From Mycobacterium tuberculosis H37Rv (lineage in GTDB: Bacteria > Actinomycetota > Actinomycetes > Mycobacteriales > Mycobacteriaceae): a stretch of 32,000 nt of DNA. The stretch covers positions 60,001 to 92,000 of the forward strand of contig NC_000962.3 of NCBI RefSeq assembly GCF_000195955.2, read 5' to 3'. How positions within the stretch are numbered: position 1 is the stretch's first letter; the number at the start of each line of letters is the position of its first letter. The notes under the pieces were generated by a model that searched no databases, was not told the origin of the DNA, and saw nothing but the letters and a program-made list of their open reading frames with translations. Both the position numbers and the translations under genes were made by a program. This document shows positions 27,208 through 32,000 of this stretch, piece after piece.

Positions 27208-27801
27208 TCACCACTTGGCGGCGAGGCGTGTCCATTCCGCTGCCAGGTCGCGGTCCCGGTGGAAGCCGCGCAGGGTAATCAGCTCGATAGCTTTGCGCGC
27301 ATCTTGGATATCTTGAGGCGATGCGGCGTCCACGAGCGCACGTAGATCACTGCGATCCTGGGGTCGCCGATCATCATCTCTCGCAAGAAGTTTCATCGCG
27401 ATCAGATGCGCCGTTGTGGCCACCGGAGCGACTAGATCGGGCAAGATCTCGATCTCCTCGGCAGCCTCCGCAATCTCCGGTTCGATGCCACAGCTCGCGA
27501 AAAGGAGGTCCACCACAACATTCGCGGCAGTGTCTGCGGTTGCTCCGAGACGGACCGCTGCCAACCGTCTGGCCGCGTCCTGCTCTACCGACGCCAGGAG
27601 ATGGTACTGCTGGGTAAGAAGTTGACGGACTAAAGATTCCGCGGCATCGTCGTTTGCCACCGCGACAACAATGTCCACGTCACGGGTGAAACGTGGTTCG
27701 GATCGCGCAGACACCGCGAAACCACCAACCAGCGCCCACCGCTGACGCAATCCGGTCAGGTCCTTGGCGACCCTACGGAGTGTCGACTCCACAGCGTTCA
27801 T
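27208..27801 (-). CDS. menT1: MenT1 nucleotidyltransferase toxin (Rv0078A position)
   Basis: 197 aa. Minimal NTase motif LVGGFAVSARSEPRFTRDVDIVV (GG-x12-DxD). ATGA overlap with the upstream small gene. Confidence 0.8.
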   Translation of the reverse strand: MNAVESTLRRVAKDLTGLRQRWALVGGFAVSARSEPRFTRDVDIVVAVANDDAAESLVRQLLTQQYHLLASVEQDAARRLAAVRLGATADTAANVVVDLLFASCGIEPEIAEAAEEIEILPDLVAPVATTAHLIAMKLLARDDDRRPQDRSDLRALVDAASPQDIQDARKAIELITLRGFHRDRDLAAEWTRLAAKW

Positions 27802-28010
27802 GTGAACCGTGTGGACGTCGGGCCTGCGCTGTCACCCTCCTCCGCCCCGGGACGCGTCATCCTCCACGCGTCGATAGCTGCTTCAATTTCAACAACGTCC
27901 GCATTGGGCCGTTCACGACCCAGCCTCATGCGCTGCATCTGCTCGCCAACCTCGTACATGTCCAGAGCGAGCCTCAGCTTCTGCGCAGCGACGGAAACTG
28001 CCACACTCAA
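27798..28010 (-). CDS. menA1: MenA1 antitoxin (Rv0078B position)
   Basis: About 70-codon ORF whose TGA overlaps the menT1 ATG (ATGA). The TTG start at 28010 is uncertain (GTG two codons in). Confidence 0.65.
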   Translation of the reverse strand: MSVAVSVAAQKLRLALDMYEVGEQMQRMRLGRERPNADVVEIEAAIDAWRMTRPGAEEGDSAGPTSTRFT

Positions 28011-28114
28011 AGCCTACTGGGCGCACGTGTGGCAACGAGTCGATCCACACGAAATGCCGCCGTTGGGCCGCGGACTAGCCGAATTTTCCGGGTGGTGACA
28101 CAGCCCACATTTGG

Positions 28115-28134
28115 CATGGGACTTTCGGCCCTGT
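28115..28134. promoter_or_regulatory. DosR (DevR) box-like palindrome upstream of Rv0079
   Basis: CATGGGACTTTCGGCCCTGT compared with the consensus TTSGGGACTWWAGTCCCSAA. The left half-site GGGACT is perfect; the right half-site is GGCCC for GTCCC. Confidence 0.5.
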
Positions 28135-28169
28135 CCGCGTCCGTGTCGGCCAGACAAGCTTTGGGCATT

Positions 28170-28191
28170 GGCCACAATCGGGCCACAATCG
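28170..28191 (+). repeat. Perfect tandem duplication of the 11-mer GGCCACAATCG, 13 nt upstream of the Rv0079 GTG
   Basis: Directly visible in the sequence: 28170-28180 and 28181-28191. Confidence 0.9.
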
Positions 28192-28203
28192 AAAGCCGAG
28201 CAG

Positions 28204-29025
28204 GTGGAACCGAAACGCAGTCGCCTCGTCGTATGTGCACCCGAGCCATCGCACGCGCGGGAATTCCCGGATGTCGCCGTATTCTCCGGCGGCCGGGCTA
28301 ACGCATCCCAGGCCGAACGGTTGGCTCGTGCCGTGGGTCGCGTGTTGGCCGATCGGGGCGTCACCGGGGGTGCTCGGGTGCGGCTGACCATGGCGAACTG
28401 CGCCGATGGGCCGACGCTGGTGCAGATAAACCTGCAGGTAGGTGACACCCCATTAAGGGCGCAGGCCGCCACCGCGGGCATCGATGATCTGCGACCCGCA
28501 CTGATCAGACTGGATCGACAGATCGTGCGGGCGTCGGCACAGTGGTGCCCCCGGCCTTGGCCGGATCGGCCCCGCCGGCGATTGACCACGCCGGCCGAGG
28601 CGCTAGTCACCCGCCGCAAACCGGTCGTGCTAAGGCGCGCAACCCCGTTGCAGGCGATTGCCGCTATGGACGCCATGGACTACGACGTGCATTTGTTCAC
28701 CGACGCCGAGACGGGGGAGGACGCTGTGGTCTATCGGGCTGGACCGTCGGGGCTGCGGCTGGCCCGCCAGCACCACGTATTTCCCCCAGGATGGTCACGT
28801 TGTCGCGCCCCAGCCGGGCCGCCGGTGCCGCTGATTGTGAATTCGCGTCCGACACCGGTTCTCACGGAGGCCGCCGCGGTGGACCGGGCGCGCGAACATG
28901 GACTGCCATTCCTGTTTTTCACCGACCAGGCCACCGGCCGCGGCCAGCTGCTCTACTCCCGCTACGACGGCAACCTCGGGTTGATCACCCCGACCGGTGA
29001 CGGCGTTGCCGACGGTCTGGCATGA
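28204..29025 (+). CDS. Hibernation-promoting-factor-like protein with a duplicated C-terminal domain (Rv0079 position, DosR regulon)
   Basis: GTG 28204, 273 codons. N-terminal HPF/RaiA-like region ([51 protein letters not shown]). Two S30AE C-terminal-like units: [27 protein letters not shown] and [30 protein letters not shown]. Confidence 0.85.
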
Positions 29026-29480
29026 GCCCGGGCTCGCGGCGCGCCAGCCCGCAAAGCGCCCGGGAGGTGGTCGAGCTCGACCGTGACGAGGCGATGCGGT
29101 TGCTGGCCAGCGTTGACCATGGGCGTGTGGTGTTCACCCGCGCGGCGCTGCCGGCGATCCGTCCAGTCAATCACCTCGTGGTCGACGGTCGGGTGATCGG
29201 GCGCACCCGCCTGACGGCCAAGGTGTCCGTTGCGGTGCGATCGAGCGCCGATGCCGGTGTCGTGGTCGCCTACGAAGCCGACGACCTTGATCCGCGGCGT
29301 CGGACGGGGTGGAGTGTGGTGGTGACGGGACTGGCGACCGAGGTCAGCGATCCCGAGCAGGTTGCCCGCTACCAGCGGCTGCTACACCCGTGGGTGAACA
29401 TGGCGATGGACACCGTGGTCGCGATCGAACCCGAGATCGTCACCGGCATCCGCATCGTTGCTGACTCGCGTACGCCGTAG
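29022..29480 (+). CDS. Pyridoxamine 5'-phosphate oxidase (PPOX)-fold family protein (Rv0080 position)
   Basis: 152 aa with ATGA overlap with Rv0079. [44 protein letters not shown] is the typical PPOX-class N-terminus. Confidence 0.88.
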
Positions 29481-29574
29481 CCGATTGGCCGCGGGCGGCC
29501 CGCACGCATCCGCACTATCTGATAAATTCTTCAACTCGTCAACCGATGTAACGCTGAAGCTCTCAGGAGACGCG

Positions 29575-29919
29575 GTGGAGTCCGAACCGCTGTACAAGCT
29601 CAAGGCGGAGTTCTTCAAAACCCTTGCGCATCCGGCGCGGATCAGGATTTTGGAGCTGCTGGTCGAGCGGGACCGTTCGGTCGGTGAGTTGCTGTCCTCG
29701 GACGTCGGCCTGGAGTCGTCGAACCTGTCCCAGCAGCTGGGTGTGCTACGCCGGGCGGGTGTTGTCGCGGCACGTCGTGACGGCAACGCGATGATCTATT
29801 CGATTGCCGCACCCGATATCGCCGAGCTGCTGGCGGTGGCACGCAAGGTGCTGGCCAGGGTGCTCAGCGACCGGGTGGCGGTGCTAGAGGACCTCCGCGC
29901 CGGCGGCTCGGCCACGTAA
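29575..29919 (+). CDS. ArsR/SmtB-family HTH regulator (Rv0081 position)
   Basis: GTG 29575 preceded by the SD AGGAGA, 114 codons. FFKTLAHPARIRILELLVERDRSVGELL...NLSQQLGVLRRAGVV. Confidence 0.88.
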   Translation: MESEPLYKLKAEFFKTLAHPARIRILELLVERDRSVGELLSSDVGLESSNLSQQLGVLRRAGVVAARRDGNAMIYSIAAPDIAELLAVARKVLARVLSDRVAVLEDLRAGGSAT

Positions 29920-29923
29920 CGCC

Positions 29924-30403
29924 ATGGGTTGGGTTGCCAAGATTTTCCGTGTTGGCCGGGTGGTCGAGCCCGCGGCCCCCTTACCGGCGGCGATAGCCGA
30001 ACCACCCGCCGGGGTACGGGGTTCGCTGCAGATCCGACATGTTGACGCGGGTTCGTGCAACGGGTGTGAGGTGGAGATTTCGGGCGCCTTTGGCCCGGTG
30101 TATGACGCGGAGCGGTTCGGGGCGCGGCTGGTCGCCTCGCCCCGACACGCCGATGCGTTGTTGGTGACCGGCGTGGTCACGCACAACATGGCCGGCCCAC
30201 TGCGCAAGACCCTGGAGGCCACGCCGCGCCCGCGGGTGGTAATCGCGTGCGGGGATTGCGCGCTGAACCGGGGGGTGTTCGCCGACGCCTACGGCGTGGT
30301 CGGTGCGGTCGGCGAGGTGGTACCCGTCGACGTCGAGATCGCCGGCTGCCCGCCGACACCCGCGGCCATCATGGCGGCGCTGCGATCGGTGACCGGGAAA
30401 TGA
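29924..30403 (+). CDS. Group-4 [NiFe]-hydrogenase / complex-I NuoB-like small subunit (HycG-like; Rv0082 position)
   Basis: 159 aa starting 4 nt after the Rv0081 stop. Fe-S ligand motifs CNGCEVE, CGDCA, GCPP. Confidence 0.9.
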   Translation: MGWVAKIFRVGRVVEPAAPLPAAIAEPPAGVRGSLQIRHVDAGSCNGCEVEISGAFGPVYDAERFGARLVASPRHADALLVTGVVTHNMAGPLRKTLEATPRPRVVIACGDCALNRGVFADAYGVVGAVGEVVPVDVEIAGCPPTPAAIMAALRSVTGK

Positions 30404-32000
30404 CCGCTGCACCGACGGCCGGCGGGGTCGTCACTTCGGGCGTGGGCGTTGCCGGGGTCGGCGTGGGGTTGCTGGGCATGTTTGGACCGGTGCGTGTAGT
30501 GCACGTCGGTTGGCTGCTTCCGCTGTCCGGCGTGCACATCGAGCTCGACCGGTTGGGCGGATTCTTCATGGCGCTCACGGGCGCGGTAGCGGCTCCGGTC
30601 GGTTGTTACCTGATCGGCTACGTGCGCCGTGAACACCTCGGTCGGGTCCCGATGGCGGTGGTGCCGCTGTTCGTCGCGGCGATGCTGTTGGTGCCGGCCG
30701 CGGGCTCGGTGACGACGTTTCTGCTGGCGTGGGAGCTGATGGCGATCGCGTCGCTGATCCTGGTGCTCTCCGAGCACGCCCGCCCGCAGGTCCGCTCGGC
30801 GGGCCTGTGGTACGCCGTGATGACTCAGCTGGGATTCATCGCAATCCTGGTCGGGCTGGTGGTGTTGGCGGCGGCCGGGGGTTCCGACCGGTTCGCCGGC
30901 CTCGGGGCAGTCTGCGACGGGGTCCGCGCCGCCGTATTTATGCTCACGCTGGTCGGGTTTGGTTCGAAGGCGGGCCTGGTGCCACTGCACGCCTGGCTGC
31001 CGCGGGCCCACCCGGAGGCGCCGAGCCCGGTGTCGGCGTTGATGAGCGCGGCGATGGTCAACCTGGGCATCTACGGCATCGTCCGTTTCGATCTGCAGCT
31101 GCTGGGGCCGGGCCCACGCTGGTGGGGGCTTGCGCTGCTGGCCGTGGGCGGCACGTCCGCGCTGTATGGGGTGCTGCAGGCTTCGGTGGCCGCCGATCTC
31201 AAACGGCTGCTGGCCTATTCGACGACCGAGAACATGGGCCTGATCACGCTGGCGCTCGGTGCGGCAACACTTTTCGCGGATACCGGAGCCTACGGGCCGG
31301 CGTCGATCGCCGCCGCCGCAGCGATGCTGCACATGATTGCGCACGCGGCGTTTAAGAGCCTCGCCTTCATGGCGGCCGGATCTGTGCTGGCCGCGACCGG
31401 GCTGCGCGACCTGGACCTGCTCGGCGGGCTGGCCCGCCGAATGCCGGCGACCACCGTCTTTTTCGGGGTGGCCGCACTGGGCGCATGTGGTCTGCCGTTG
31501 GGCGCCGGGTTTGTCAGTGAGTGGCTGCTGGTCCAGTCGTTGATCCACGCTGCCCCCGGACACGACCCCATCGTGGCGCTGACGACACCGCTGGCGGTCG
31601 GCGTGGTCGCACTGGCCACCGGTCTGAGCGTGGCGGCGATGACCAAGGCCTTCGGGATCGGGTTTCTCGCCCGTCCCCGCTCCACCCAAGCCGAAGCGGC
31701 GCGTGAGGCGCCGGCCAGCATGCGCGCCGGCATGGCGATCGCGGCGGGCGCCTGCCTGGTGCTGGCGGTGGCACCGCTGCTGGTCGCACCCATGGTGCGG
31801 CGGGCCGCCGCGACGCTGCCGGCCGCTCAGGCGGTCAAGTTCACCGGTCTGGGCGCCGTGGTGCGGCTGCCCGCGATGTCCGGGTCGATCGCGCCCGGCG
31901 TGATCGCCGCCGCTGTGCTCGCCGCGGCGTTGGCGGTAGCCGTCCTCGCGCGGTGGCGTTTCCGCCGGCGCCCGGCGCCGGCCAGGTTGCCGCTGTGGGC
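30400..32000 (+). CDS. NuoL/HycC-like proton-translocating membrane subunit, 5' part (Rv0083 position); continues past the window end
   Basis: ATG 30400 overlaps the Rv0082 TGA (ATGA). I translated the frame by hand to base 31998 with no stop. It is absent from the ORF track because it has no stop in the window. Hallmark HAWLPRAHPEAPSPVSALMSAAMV; many TM helices. Confidence 0.9.
   Translation, partial: MTAAPTAGGVVTSGVGVAGVGVGLLGMFGPVRVVHVGWLLPLSGVHIELDRLGGFFMALTGAVAAPVGCYLIGYVRREHLGRVPMAVVPLFVAAMLLVPAAGSVTTFLLAWELMAIASLILVLSEHARPQVRSAGLWYAVMTQLGFIAILVGLVVLAAAGGSDRFAGLGAVCDGVRAAVFMLTLVGFGSKAGLVPLHAWLPRAHPEAPSPVSALMSAAMVNLGIYGIVRFDLQLLGPGPRWWGLALLAVGGTSALYGVLQASVAADLKRLLAYSTTENMGLITLALGAATLFADTGAYGPASIAAAAAMLHMIAHAAFKSLAFMAAGSVLAATGLRDLDLLGGLARRMPATTVFFGVAALGACGLPLGAGFVSEWLLVQSLIHAAPGHDPIVALTTPLAVGVVALATGLSVAAMTKAFGIGFLARPRSTQAEAAREAPASMRAGMAIAAGACLVLAVAPLLVAPMVRRAAATLPAAQAVKFTGLGAVVRLPAMSGSIAPGVIAAAVLAAALAVAVLARWRFRRRPAPARLPLW

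Noticed and set aside
29481-29574. Operator for the ArsR-type regulator in its own leader
   Set aside because: The stretch is relatively AT-rich with a TCAAC direct repeat, but there is no convincing 12-2-12-type inverted repeat. That is not enough to call a site.
30289-31689. 466-aa minus-strand ORF, the longest track ORF in this region
   Set aside because: It has Arg/Gln/His/Pro-rich, low-complexity composition typical of antisense frames in high-GC DNA. The plus strand encodes an obvious NuoL-like membrane protein that the track omits only because it has no stop in the window.

Overview
High-GC actinobacterial chromosome. From gene order, ORF lengths and protein sequences (recognition only, no search run) it looks collinear with the Mycobacterium tuberculosis complex, about H37Rv 60.0-92.0 kb (Rv0057' to Rv0083'). 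On the + axis: dnaB with a 416-codon intein; the darT-darG toxin-antitoxin pair directly behind it; a small secreted protein; GH6 cellulase celA1; a BBE-like FAD oxidase; the UPF0182 membrane protein; vapB1-vapC1; monomeric isocitrate dehydrogenase icd2 (-); a TetR/SDR divergent pair; the sdaA-glyA2 operon (-); a dead group II intron (Rv0071 region); a MacB/FtsX-type ABC pair whose ATPase carries a cNMP-binding domain; an amidohydrolase; a C-S-lyase-type aminotransferase; the Rv0077c/Rv0078 hydrolase/TetR pair; menA1-menT1 (-); the DosR-regulon genes Rv0079-Rv0081; and the start of the hyc-like group-4 hydrogenase operon (Rv0082, Rv0083 truncated by the window end). Nearly all genes belong to known families. 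I did not find a convincing, entirely new multi-gene system. The items that seem least described are: (1) a tandem glycine-riboswitch-like leader upstream of glyA2-sdaA; (2) evidence that Rv0071 is a decayed group II intron, with a recognisable domain V next to an unannotated 13E12-type HNH gene fragment; (3) a roughly 100-bp degenerate direct repeat bracketing the ABC ATPase gene, which reads as a fossil permease-3'-end/ATPase-start junction fused onto the amidohydrolase gene; (4) a strongly structured dnaB-darT spacer; (5) an HPF-like Rv0079 with a duplicated C-terminal domain, plus a perfect 11-bp tandem repeat in its leader; (6) a 51-codon membrane-peptide ORF in front of the UPF0182 gene. 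Three mechanistically different toxin-antitoxin modules (DarTG, VapBC, MenAT) and two selfish-element remnants lie in these 32 kb.
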